DNA of 64,000 nucleotides from a virus: positions 1-64,000 of the IMG/VR virus record IMGVR_UViG_3300042691_020140. One strand, 5' to 3'. Within the stretch, counting starts at the first letter, position 1. The number at the start of each line of letters is the position of its first letter. Positions 45,984 through 55,708 of this stretch are shown here, in pieces. Made by a program: the position numbers and the translations under genes. Under the pieces are notes generated by a model. That model ran no database searches and was not told the DNA's origin. It saw nothing but the letters and a program-made list of their open reading frames with translations.

Positions 45984-46425
45984 GTTGCTCATCCGTATCG
46001 AAATTGAAAATTGAAAATTGCAAAATTCAAAATTCAAAATTCAAAATACACGCACGATCGGGGATGCAGCGTAGCTTAACATAATTTTTTGGGGAGTCTG
46101 CGAGTCCCCCATTTTTTATGTCAACGTGGCCAACCCGCCCACCCCCGCCGTCCCCCAAGCCCAACCGCACGCGATTAGGGTTAAGCCCCTGACACTTTTT
46201 ATGATAGGGCCAGAGAGCATTTGGAAAATTCAGAATTTGAAAATAAAATCTGAAATTTTTAGGGGACTCTACGAGTCCCCCATTTTTAAAGTCAGGGGTG
46301 TCCGGCAGTCCCCCAAAAACTCGTCAAAAATTGCTCAAAATTGCTATTGCATTTTAGTTTTAAGTGTGCTAAAATGAAAATATCAAAAAGTAATTCGACT
46401 TTTTGACTTTTGCGGAGATTTTGCC

Positions 46426-46593
46426 ATGACTATGCTGATTTTGGGCGTGATGACGGTGTTTGTGATTCTTTTGGGCGCAGCTACTCTGATAATAGCTAAC
46501 GAGTACGGCGCAAGTCAGAAAATGGTTACGCTATGGTTGTGGGCGATTTTGTTGTGGGCGATTATGTGCAAAATCATAATTGACATTATCTAA
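46426..46593 (+). CDS. 55-aa two-TM membrane protein (not in the ORF track)
   Basis: GGAG RBS; own TTGCAT-N17-TAAAAT promoter; MTMLILGV...IIDII. Confidence 0.7.
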   Translation: MTMLILGVMTVFVILLGAATLIIANEYGASQKMVTLWLWAILLWAIMCKIIIDII

Positions 46594-46837
46594 AATCAAA
46601 ACCCAAAATTTGGGGGAGTCGCAGCTCCCCCATTTTTTATGTAAATGAGTTTTTGGGGGAGTCGAAGAGTCCCCTATTATTTTTCAATTTTAGGGGTGTC
46701 CGGCAGTCCCCCAAAAATCAGCATCTGGCCTGGCTGCCGTCAAAATCTAAAAATTCGTTATTGACATTATTTTCAATCTGTGCTAAAATTCTTTTGTGGG
46801 GCTACTCTTGCCTTGCGTCTATAGCGGAGATTTTATT

Positions 46838-47131
46838 ATGTCAATCATTACGCCTGAAAACACAATCGCCGTCTTTACCGGCGAAATTGCCGGTATCATC
46901 GTGTACACGGTAAAGCATTGGACCTTTGCCGAAATTGTCGCCCGTGTTTCTGAAAATGAGTTTTCGGAATACCGCACCGGCACAATGACCGCCATGCCGG
47001 ACGATTTGTCGGTTATCGATTGGACGGTATACTACGCAGAATCGTGGCAGATGCAAGAAATACCGGTAAATAAATTTTTCGCCGAAAATAAAATTTACGC
47101 TACAAATCAATACAATGAAATAATTTTCTAA
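46838..47131 (+). CDS. cassette hypothetical protein
   Basis: TTGACA-N17-TAAAAT promoter at 46761; GGAG RBS. Confidence 0.7.
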   Translation: MSIITPENTIAVFTGEIAGIIVYTVKHWTFAEIVARVSENEFSEYRTGTMTAMPDDLSVIDWTVYYAESWQMQEIPVNKFFAENKIYATNQYNEIIF

Positions 47132-47392
47132 AATTCAAAATTCAAATTTCAAAATTCAAATTTGGGGGAGCCACAGCTCCCCTAAAAATGTGTGGATTTT
47201 TGGGGGGCTCGAAGAGTCCCCCATTTTTGATAGATTTTAGGGGTGTCCCGCAGTCCCCCATTTTCTCTCATCTGGCTCTCATCTAATTCTCATCTAAATC
47301 TATTGCTTTCGCAGCTGACATCTGCTAGAATACCCTCATAGGCTAATTTAATACGTGGGCTCGCCTATGCCCTATTTTCGGAGGCTACTCTT

Positions 47393-47713
47393 ATGTCAAG
47401 CGCAAATCTCTTGGTGACCGTGACCGTCCTGACCGCTTACGAGGCTAGCAGCAAGGTCCTGACTCTGACCGCCATTGACGAGGTCCTGTATGAGCATCGT
47501 CAGCTCATCGTGCCGGTTATCGATGCGGTCAAGGGTACGAAAGCGTACAACACCTTGCCGGTCTTGACTTTCGGTACTGTTATCGTAGTAGCGTCATGGC
47601 GTGATGAGTGCTATACGCTCAAGACCGATACCCATGCGATGTATAGCCACGTCGAAGAATTCTTTCAAGGTCTCTGCTACGACGAGGACGTGCGAAAGAT
47701 ACGGGTAATCTAA
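47393..47713 (+). CDS. cassette hypothetical protein
   Basis: Own promoter; GGAGG RBS. Confidence 0.72.
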   Translation: MSSANLLVTVTVLTAYEASSKVLTLTAIDEVLYEHRQLIVPVIDAVKGTKAYNTLPVLTFGTVIVVASWRDECYTLKTDTHAMYSHVEEFFQGLCYDEDVRKIRVI

Positions 47714-48083
47714 AATAGCCCGAAAAATGGGGGAGTCGCAGCTCCCCTATTTTTTATGTCTACAATTTTTGGGGGACTGCGGGAGTCCCCTATTTTTAAT
47801 TTTGGGGGAGTCTTCGAGTCCCCTATTTTTTATGTCAATTTCTCCCTCCGTCCCGCCCCCGTCTCCCCCAAGCCCCCTATTCCTGCGACATCATCAAACC
47901 CATCGCACTTATACACTAAGGGAGCTCGTGAGCATTTTTTGGGGGACTCCAGCAGTCCCCCAAATTTTTTTCTTTCTCATAATCTTCTCATCTAACTCTC
48001 ATTTTCGCAGCGGTGTTTTTATGGTATTATATAAGTGTAGACAAAACCGGCGGACGAGCTACACCGCCACCCTGGGGGATGCC

Positions 48084-48377
48084 ATGAAGCATCAACGCAA
48101 ACCGGTTAAGCCGATTTATGCCATCGTGTTTATCAACGAGGATGGCACCGGCGGTATGTATTTTGATGACTATCTGCATGTTGTCCGTGGACTGCACGGT
48201 ATACGCAAAGATAGTCCTGAAATGAAGCTCGGTATCGTCAAGTTTGACCTGTATCGTCGCCGTGTATCGTTGCTCAAAGTGCATAATTATGGTATAGATA
48301 CCATAGACGATACGCAACCATTTTGGACAAAAGAGACTATGGTAAAATTACTCTGCTTCACACCACCGACGTACTAA
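48084..48377 (+). CDS. cassette hypothetical protein (true start MKHQRK)
   Basis: GGGGGA RBS; the upstream part of the track ORF 47727 is translated repeat. Confidence 0.65.
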   Translation: MKHQRKPVKPIYAIVFINEDGTGGMYFDDYLHVVRGLHGIRKDSPEMKLGIVKFDLYRRRVSLLKVHNYGIDTIDDTQPFWTKETMVKLLCFTPPTY

Positions 48378-48540
48378 AACGACCACAGAAATGGGGGAGC
48401 TACGGCTCCCCCATTTTTTATGTCTACAATTTTTGGGGGACTCGAAGAGTCCCCTATTTTCTAGTTTTAGGGGTGTCCCGCAGTCCCCCATTTTTTGCTA
48501 TGATTTTAGGGGAGCCGTAGCTCCCCCAAAACCGTGTCGG

Positions 48541-48708
48541 TTACATAGTACCGATTACTACGAACACAAACAACGCCCACATCAAAAGAAACGCCAAGTA
48601 CCCATGACGCACACGGCTATCCACATCGTACTCGATGACAATTGACCAGGACCACACGACGATACCCATGATTACGATAGTAGCCACACCCAAAGATGCC
48701 ATCAACAT
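48541..48708 (-). CDS. 55-aa two-TM membrane protein in an inverted cassette (not in the ORF track)
   Basis: MLMASLGV...VIGTM; minus-strand TTGTAT-N17-TATACT promoter and reversed boxes. Confidence 0.7.
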   Translation of the reverse strand: MLMASLGVATIVIMGIVVWSWSIVIEYDVDSRVRHGYLAFLLMWALFVFVVIGTM

Positions 48709-48970
48709 GTCCGTAGCCTTTCTGTTAACTTAATCCTCTTACAGTATACACTATGTCGGCTGCCGATACAAGGGATTTAGATGAGAGTTAGATGAGAGAA
48801 AAATGAGAGAAAATGGGGGACTCGGGCAGTCCCCCAAAAATCAAAAATCTAAAATTGAAAATTCAGAATTCATTAATCAAATTCTAATCTAAAATGCTTG
48901 TATTGTATACTTGCATATGGTACAATTCTAGTGTAATCAAATGATTACATGCTAGTAGCGGAGGTCGGCT

Positions 48971-49105
48971 ATGGTGTGCGATATTTGCGGCGGCGATGTT
49001 TCGAGCGACAACGTCCACGAGGAGTCCTGGTCGCCATTTTTCGTCTGTTGCTCAGAGTGCGGCGGCGCAGCTGAGGACGTGCTAGACGACGACAACGCCG
49101 AGTAG
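48971..49105 (+). CDS. 44-aa acidic Zn-ribbon peptide (not in the ORF track)
   Basis: GGAGG RBS; CDIC...CSEC. Confidence 0.7.
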   Translation: MVCDICGGDVSSDNVHEESWSPFFVCCSECGGAAEDVLDDDNAE

Positions 49106-49366
49106 TACAATCAAGCGGAATGGGGGAGTTACGGCTCCCCCATTTTTTATGTCAATAAATTTTTGGGGGACTGTGGGAGTCCCCTATTTTTGATAGATTT
49201 TGGGGGTGTCCCACACTCCCCTAAAAATTTTAGGGGAGACCCAGCTCCCCCATTTTCTCTCATAATTCTCTCATCTAATTCTAATCTAATTTGCTTGCGT
49301 GTGACCTGGTTATAGTGTATACTAGTATTGTAATCAAATGATTACATCGCAGCGACGGAGGATGTC

Positions 49367-49582
49367 ATGGGTGAGTATACTGTAGTAGTGGTGAGTGCCA
49401 TCGAGGGTGTCGTGTGGGTGCGTGAGAGTGTGACGATAGCACATCCTCACATGGTAGACGCTGTCAAGATTGCCTACGAGGAATCACTTGCATCTGAGTG
49501 TCAGTGCGTTGTGCATGTGTATCGCAATCGTCACTTGCAGCGGTCAATAACGATTAGTCATCCTGAGTTAGAAAAAGAGTAA
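49367..49582 (+). CDS. cassette hypothetical protein
   Basis: Own promoter; GGAGG RBS. Confidence 0.7.
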   Translation: MGEYTVVVVSAIEGVVWVRESVTIAHPHMVDAVKIAYEESLASECQCVVHVYRNRHLQRSITISHPELEKE

Positions 49583-49988
49583 GAAAATGGGGGAGTCGCA
49601 GCTCCCCCAAATTCTAAAAATGGGGGAGTCCCAGCTCCCCTATTTTTTATGTCTATTAAATTTTAGGGGACTGCGGGAGTCCCCTATTTTTAATTTTGGG
49701 GGAGTCTTCGAGTCCCCTATTTTTTATGTCAATTCCTCCCTCCTACCCCAACCCCCCGCAAGCCCCCCTAGCGTTGGATAACGTGAACGCCCTAGCACTT
49801 ATACACTAAGGGAGCTTCAGAGCATTTTAGGGGACTCTTCGACTCCCCCATTTTTTGCAATTTTTGGGGGAGCTGCACTTCCCCTATTTTCTCTCATCTT
49901 TCTCTAATCTAAATTACTACTATTCGCAGCGAACATAGTGTATAATACTATTGTAATCAGATGATTACACGATAGCTAAGGAGACGGT

Positions 49989-50216
49989 ATGTATACTCTC
50001 AAAGTGGATGGCTACACGCTCGGTCAATGGAACACGATAGCAGAAGTGGAAGTTATTTTCAACGTGTTACCGTTAATGCTCAACAAAATGACCGCCGGTG
50101 ATGGCTACTTTGCCGGTATCTATGCGGCGGACAATTCTTTGGTCAAGTGGGATACGATACACGCCCCTAAGACCAACGACGACGACGCAGAAGATTTGAT
50201 GCTCGAATTCAACTAA
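49989..50216 (+). CDS. cassette hypothetical protein
   Basis: Own promoter; AAGGAG RBS. Confidence 0.7.
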   Translation: MYTLKVDGYTLGQWNTIAEVEVIFNVLPLMLNKMTAGDGYFAGIYAADNSLVKWDTIHAPKTNDDDAEDLMLEFN

Positions 50217-50432
50217 GCACGGCAAGAATGGGGGAGTCGCAGCTCCCCCATTTTTTATGTCTACAAAATTTTGGGGGAGTCGAAGAGTCCCCTAAAAACT
50301 TAGGGGTGTCCGGCAGTCCCCCATTTTAGCTGCACAGATTACTCATAATTCTCTCATCATTTACTCATACTATTGCGTATGAATGTAGTGTATACTTAGT
50401 ATTGTAAGTTAGCTTAGATATGGAGGTTACCG

Positions 50433-50621
50433 ATGGCGACGGCACAAGTTAAGCGCATCCGCATAGATGGGGTGCATGTATCAATGTGGCGGTATGGTAG
50501 CAAAGAATGGTCATTCACCATCTACGGACCTCGTGAGACGCAAGAGCTGTTGGTTAAGCGTATGGACTATTGGAAAGCTTACCGTACTGCTAAATTGATG
50601 ATTAACCTCTATCACAAGTAG
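50433..50621 (+). CDS. cassette hypothetical protein (basic)
   Basis: Own promoter; GGAGG RBS. Confidence 0.7.
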   Translation: MATAQVKRIRIDGVHVSMWRYGSKEWSFTIYGPRETQELLVKRMDYWKAYRTAKLMINLYHK

Positions 50622-50862
50622 TACACCGGCGGTTTTTTAGGGGAGCTACAACTCCCCTATTTTTTATGTCTATCAAATTTGGGGGTCTCGAAGAGTCCCC
50701 TAAAAATTTAGGGGTGTCCCGCAGTCCCCCAAAAATCAAAAATACAAAATCGAAAATTGAAAATTCATTAATCTAATTTTAATCTAAAATGCTTGCATCT
50801 GCTATATACACATGTTATAATGACTATGTAATCAAATGATTACACGATATACGGAGGCTACG

Positions 50863-51141
50863 ATGTACAACGTTACAATTCACGGCGACTGTCGCACTAG
50901 CGACGATGGTTCGGGCTACTCATTCGTATTCGACTTTCAAGAGGAACGCCTCGGTATGACTTGGGTCGTCGCCGGTATGAAAATTCGTGAAACTATGACG
51001 TGGCAAGAAATTCCTAGCGGATCCGTCGTCAACGTGGAAATGCGTGTGTGGACGTTGGAAAAAGGCACTATCGCTAGCGTGCCTGGCAAGATGATAAAAT
51101 TGCCGAACGGTGAAAAATCGTACCTAGAATTAATCGGCTAG
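50863..51141 (+). CDS. cassette hypothetical protein
   Basis: GGAGG RBS before ATG 50863. Confidence 0.7.
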   Translation: MYNVTIHGDCRTSDDGSGYSFVFDFQEERLGMTWVVAGMKIRETMTWQEIPSGSVVNVEMRVWTLEKGTIASVPGKMIKLPNGEKSYLELIG

Positions 51142-51306
51142 GTATCAAAGAAAATGGGGGAGTCGCAGCTCCCCTATTTTTTGTGGTCGTCGTTTTTGGG
51201 GGAGTCGAAGAGTCCCCCATTTTTTCTCATCTTTCTCTAATGTTGGCTGCAAGTTTTTCATGGTACAATACTTGTGTAGGGTCAATCTTGACCCGTGGAG
51301 GATGTC

Positions 51307-51552
51307 ATGAACCGCCAAAAATTCGCTCAGTTCCTAGAGGACACCCGTTGCCACTTGTCCGGCAAGGCACACAATCTGACCGACCACCGGCTAGGTGAAA
51401 TCGACCGGATGCTCGACAATGCCCACAATCTGATTTTCGCCAACGATGCCGGTTATTCTCGGGCGGACATGGACACCGCCGTTGCTATGGTTCGGTATGT
51501 CCGTCGCCGTCTTGACCCGTTGCCGTGGGTAACTCTCGACGACATAATGTAA
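51307..51552 (+). CDS. cassette hypothetical protein
   Basis: GGAGG RBS before ATG 51307. Confidence 0.7.
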   Translation: MNRQKFAQFLEDTRCHLSGKAHNLTDHRLGEIDRMLDNAHNLIFANDAGYSRADMDTAVAMVRYVRRRLDPLPWVTLDDIM

Positions 51553-51723
51553 TCTAGGTACTTTTGGGGGAGCTACGGCTCCCCTAAAAGATGTGAAATT
51601 TTTGGGGGACTCTTCGAGTCCCCTATTTTTCCTCATCGTTCTCTAATGTTGGGGCTTTCGCCCTATGATATAATACAAATAGGTCAAGTTGACCCTAGCA
51701 CTTATCAGTATAAGGAGCATAAG

Positions 51724-51966
51724 ATGTATCAGGTAGTTATCGAATTCCGTGATGCGTACATTGAGACTGAGATGGAAAAGTTGACAGATTTGCGTGACAT
51801 AATATCAGAGACTATTCCGAATTATATTCAGTATGCTGAGCTGTATCTCGGCGAGCCCGTCCGTAAGGCACACGCTACAATATCGTCTAATGGTGTACTT
51901 ATCGGCGTTAAGTTGTTTTCATTCTATCGTCAAAAGTTATCTGAAAAGTTGGAGGTCTTCATCTAG
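51724..51966 (+). CDS. cassette hypothetical protein
   Basis: AAGGAG RBS before ATG 51724. Confidence 0.7.
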   Translation: MYQVVIEFRDAYIETEMEKLTDLRDIISETIPNYIQYAELYLGEPVRKAHATISSNGVLIGVKLFSFYRQKLSEKLEVFI

Positions 51967-52201
51967 TGATTACCCTACCCCTAATGGTTGCAGCTATCCT
52001 ACTGGTAGTAGTACTCGATACTAAATAGTCCCTAGACCCTCGCTAGTAGCTAGCGGGGGTCTTTTATTGTCAAGTAGATTTGGGGGTCTCTTCGAGTCCC
52101 CTATTTTCTCTCATCTAGCTCTAATCTAATTCGTGCATAGACGTGTGATATGTTTGTTATAATAAGTATGTAAGTTAGTTTAGTAGACAGGATGGTAACA
52201 G

Positions 52202-52558
52202 ATGCGAATACGCAAGCCAAAGTACTATTACGTGATTCTGAATGAGCAACGTGCTAACGTTGACAGTAGCGTAGAGGCGTATGAGGATTTTTCAGAGCGT
52301 GTAAAAAGTGTGCCTATTCTTGTGTGGAAACGCACGCCGTTTACTATTGAGCAGCTTAGCCGTCTCGAGTGTGAATTAAACGGTATTGATATGTGGCAAT
52401 TTACGCAAATTGACGAGAATTTTTACGGCAATGAATTGCCACGTCATATCCATCAAAAGTGGCAATACGGCGAATATATCAGAGAAGAGGAAAAATTCCG
52501 TAAGGCGGTACGCAAGCAATTAGCAGACTATAAGAAAAAACATCCTATAGTCAAATAA
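52202..52558 (+). CDS. cassette hypothetical protein
   Basis: Own promoter; AGGA RBS. Confidence 0.7.
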   Translation: MRIRKPKYYYVILNEQRANVDSSVEAYEDFSERVKSVPILVWKRTPFTIEQLSRLECELNGIDMWQFTQIDENFYGNELPRHIHQKWQYGEYIREEEKFRKAVRKQLADYKKKHPIVK

Positions 52559-52734
52559 TCACCGGCGGTATTTTTGGGGGAGCTAAGGCTCCCCTAAAAA
52601 ATTACGAAAAAATTGGGGGACTCTTCGAGCCCCCTAAAATCCAAAATCTAAAATTCAATTTTCTAATCTTGCTCTCATAATTATGTACTATAATACAAAT
52701 AGGTCAAATTGACCATATGGAAAGGCGAACGGCG

Positions 52735-53076
52735 ATGAAGATGATACTAATCTATGTACAGGATGAGCATGACATTTTTAATCTTGTGTATAGCACACAC
52801 AATGACACAATGCCGGACGAAACAATACACGATATTGCACGCACACACGCACGGCACGCATGTACTGAGAATCGTTGGGATTGGACTATGATACGTATTG
52901 TTAAGGCACACGTCTCGCCGTCCACGCAAGAATTACCTACATTGTCAGTAACATTCATGATAGACGTTGAATATACGCTAGATTACAGCGACGGCGAGGA
53001 AACAATGGAATTAGCAGACTACATAAAACAAGTACGGCGTGATTATTCAGACGGTATAGGTAATCCATTTAAGTAA
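52735..53076 (+). CDS. cassette hypothetical protein
   Basis: Own promoter; AAAGG RBS. Confidence 0.68.
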   Translation: MKMILIYVQDEHDIFNLVYSTHNDTMPDETIHDIARTHARHACTENRWDWTMIRIVKAHVSPSTQELPTLSVTFMIDVEYTLDYSDGEETMELADYIKQVRRDYSDGIGNPFK

Positions 53077-53230
53077 ATATCGGCGGAATTTAGGGGAGTC
53101 GCAGCTCCCCTAAAAAATTACTCAAAATTTAGGGGACTCTTCGAGCCCCCCATTTTCTCTCATCTGGCTCTCATAATTATTGTTTATAATACAGATAGGT
53201 CAAAATTGACCACACAGAAAGGCGGACGGT

Positions 53231-53437
53231 ATGAAAATTGCACAAATGCTACTGAATGACGCATCATTCACGCAACAGGATGTCGAGGAATTCTACGCAG
53301 ACTACCAACCAACCGAGCAAGATATTGCCGACATGCAACGTGGATGGGACGAGATTGAGACCAACTTGTCAGAGGTCGATTATGTCGAGCAATTCGAGAA
53401 CGCCCTGCTCTATGGTGATGGCGATTTGCCGTGGTAA
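53231..53437 (+). CDS. small, highly acidic protein
   Basis: 68 aa with 17 D/E against 2 K/R; own promoter. Confidence 0.7.
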   Translation: MKIAQMLLNDASFTQQDVEEFYADYQPTEQDIADMQRGWDEIETNLSEVDYVEQFENALLYGDGDLPW

Positions 53438-53587
53438 TCTAACCGCCGGACTTTTGGGGGAGCTGCGGCTCCCCTAAAAAATTTGCAAATTTGGGGGGCT
53501 CGAAGAGTCCCCCATTTTTTTTCTCATCTGGCTCTCATAATTATCGTGTATACTATAAATGGTTAGATAACAGTATAGGAGGTTAGC

Positions 53588-53848
53588 ATGTTTGGTATGA
53601 TGGATTTGGTAAGTTTGGCAAAAGATGCGATTGTAGGCATTAATCAATTAGGGACGTATGGCGAGCGACGTTATGAGGCAAATACGCCTGAGGCTATCAT
53701 GGCTATTCACCACTTTTTTGAGAATCGTATGTTTGGCGGTTATGCTACGGTATACCTGACGTGTGGATGTCAGTACATGTTCAACGCCCGTGATAGTCTG
53801 ACTAGTGAAAGCTTGTGCGAGGGTCACGCAGAAACATTAGACATGTAA
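53588..53848 (+). CDS. cassette hypothetical protein
   Basis: AGGAGG RBS; CGC...CxxH. Confidence 0.7.
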   Translation: MFGMMDLVSLAKDAIVGINQLGTYGERRYEANTPEAIMAIHHFFENRMFGGYATVYLTCGCQYMFNARDSLTSESLCEGHAETLDM

Positions 53849-54006
53849 ACGACCACGATTTTTGGGGGAGCTGCGGCTCCCCTAAAAAATATGCAAAATT
53901 TGGGGGACTCTTCGAGACCCCCATTTTCTCTCATCTGATTCTTATCTAATTAGCTTTTTGCTATGATATAATTACAGTGTAGTCAAGTTATACGGAGGTA
54001 GCACTT

Positions 54007-54294
54007 ATGAAGTATGCGAACAAACAATTTTCCCACGGAACGCTCAACCCTCGGCACTTGCTAGTAATTTCCTTAGATTTTATTAAGGATGTTGCTGACC
54101 TGCTGAGTGAAGTTAAGGATGTGTTACGTAAGGCGGCGTATCTTTCACATGCTGACGAGTGGCACGAGCTGACTGAGATGTGGATGACTGTGTTTGAGTA
54201 TCTCGAAACACTTGCAGAAGATGGCTATTACTTCGGGTGTACTGAGGGTGATGGTAGCGACATCGGATGGTGGCAAGTGGTGGGGGAGGACTAG
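54007..54294 (+). CDS. cassette hypothetical protein
   Basis: GGAGG RBS; SHGTL...YYFG-x2-EGDGSDIGWW. Confidence 0.72.
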   Translation: MKYANKQFSHGTLNPRHLLVISLDFIKDVADLLSEVKDVLRKAAYLSHADEWHELTEMWMTVFEYLETLAEDGYYFGCTEGDGSDIGWWQVVGED

Positions 54295-54420
54295 CTCCAA
54301 CCCCACGTCGTTTTTGGGGGACTCGAAGAGACCCCCATTTTCTCTAATCTGGTTCTCATAAATGTGTTGTATAATAAGAATGTAGTCAAGTTGTGGCTAC
54401 TTACATGATGGAGGTTTGAG

Positions 54421-54837
54421 ATGGGATTAGACATGTACGCATGGGCAGTGCCGACCGAGATTCGTGATGGTTTGTTGGGCGAGGATGGTTTCGATTTGGA
54501 TGCCGTGGATTTGTCAGCAGCGGGCGTTAACACCGATTTGGCGTATTGGCGAAAACATCATCACTTGCACGGATGGATGCAACGCCTGTATGCTGAAAAG
54601 ACCGGCAACGAGGACGAGTCAGCGTTTAATTGTGTGTATGTGGAATTGACCGCCGATGATTTGGACCGATTAGAAGAGGCAATTACCAACGATGAATTAA
54701 CACCGACCGAGGGATTTTTCTTTGGCAGTCATACTGATATTTGCGACGACGACCGAGAGTCTGACTTGAAGTTTTTAGTAGACGCACGAGAAGCAATCGC
54801 AGACGGCTATCACGTACTCTATCATTCATGGTGGTAG
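54421..54837 (+). CDS. acidic phage hypothetical protein (MGLDMY...YWRK...FFG...SWW type)
   Basis: GGAGG RBS; motif pattern recalled from phage hypothetical proteins. Confidence 0.75.
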   Translation: MGLDMYAWAVPTEIRDGLLGEDGFDLDAVDLSAAGVNTDLAYWRKHHHLHGWMQRLYAEKTGNEDESAFNCVYVELTADDLDRLEEAITNDELTPTEGFFFGSHTDICDDDRESDLKFLVDAREAIADGYHVLYHSWW

Positions 54838-55040
54838 ATTAGAGTAGGATAAGAACCGCTCTCATAATCGGGGGCGGTTTCTTATTGTCAAGTGGAAATG
54901 GGGGAGTCGAAGAGCCCCCCATTTTTAGATTAATAGAAAATTAAAATTCAAAATTCAGAATTCAAAATTCAATTTTCATATTGACACCGGCTAGAATCTA
55001 GTGTACAATATAGATGTAAGTTAGATAGAGAGGATTTTAC

Positions 55041-55244
55041 ATGGCATCTTTTGACCGGTCCGTAGATTCACGCAAGTTTGGGGCAGAGATTGAGTATTAT
55101 GAGTATCATCTACTCGCATCCGTTGACGATGGTACTTTTAATGCAAAAGACGCATTACGCATCAAAGACCGTCTTGACCAATTGTTGGAAGTTATCGGCG
55201 TACTTGTAAGTGAGGAGCTAGACCATGACCAAAGTGACGATTAA
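55041..55244 (+). CDS. cassette hypothetical protein
   Basis: TTGACA-N17-TACAAT promoter; GAGG RBS. Confidence 0.68.
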   Translation: MASFDRSVDSRKFGAEIEYYEYHLLASVDDGTFNAKDALRIKDRLDQLLEVIGVLVSEELDHDQSDD

Positions 55245-55527
55245 ACCTGCCGTGTATGATGATAAGATTTATGACTATAAGGAAGTTTCACCGCTTGACT
55301 TTGTGGATGGTACAGAGGATAATTATCGCTCGCTATGTGCTAACTATGCTATCAAGTATCTTAAGAAGCGTGGCCTGCGTAGTGCGATGTTCCAATTTTG
55401 GATTATCATGGATGAGACAGGTGAGCTGCTAGATGTAGTAGAATATACTTACATGATTGACCGAGCCACGTATAACAAAACCGATGTTTCTTGCCCATCC
55501 TCGTGTATGTTTCATCCCGACCGATAG
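55225..55527 (+). CDS. hypothetical protein whose C-terminus duplicates part of 57872..58576
   Basis: GAGGAG RBS; ends VSCPSSCMFHPDR. Confidence 0.68.
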   Translation: MTKVTIKPAVYDDKIYDYKEVSPLDFVDGTEDNYRSLCANYAIKYLKKRGLRSAMFQFWIIMDETGELLDVVEYTYMIDRATYNKTDVSCPSSCMFHPDR

Positions 55528-55708
55528 CGTAGAAATCCCCAAAGAGTAAAATCGGCGGGGATTTTTATTGTCAAGTAAAAATAGGGGACTCTTCGAGCCC
55601 CCCAACTTCTCTCATTTTTCTCTCATCATTCTCTAACGTTACGGCGTATGTGGTATGCTATAATAAAGATGGTTAGGAAAGCAGTAGTAATAACGAAAGG
55701 TCAAGACA

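Noticed and set aside
51600-51625. tRNA genes suggested by TTCGAGTCCCC (T-arm-like) in type-B repeats
   Set aside because: No cloverleaf, D arm or anticodon arm; it is part of the palindrome. No tRNA was recognised in the window.
46126-51636. Track ORFs 46126..46377, 46653..46913, the 5' half of 47727..48377, 48323..48520, 48391..48645, 49587..49781, 51183..51398 and 51391..51636
   Set aside because: They are translations of the repeats (recurring GESQLP, GVxxSP, SPIF) with no RBS.
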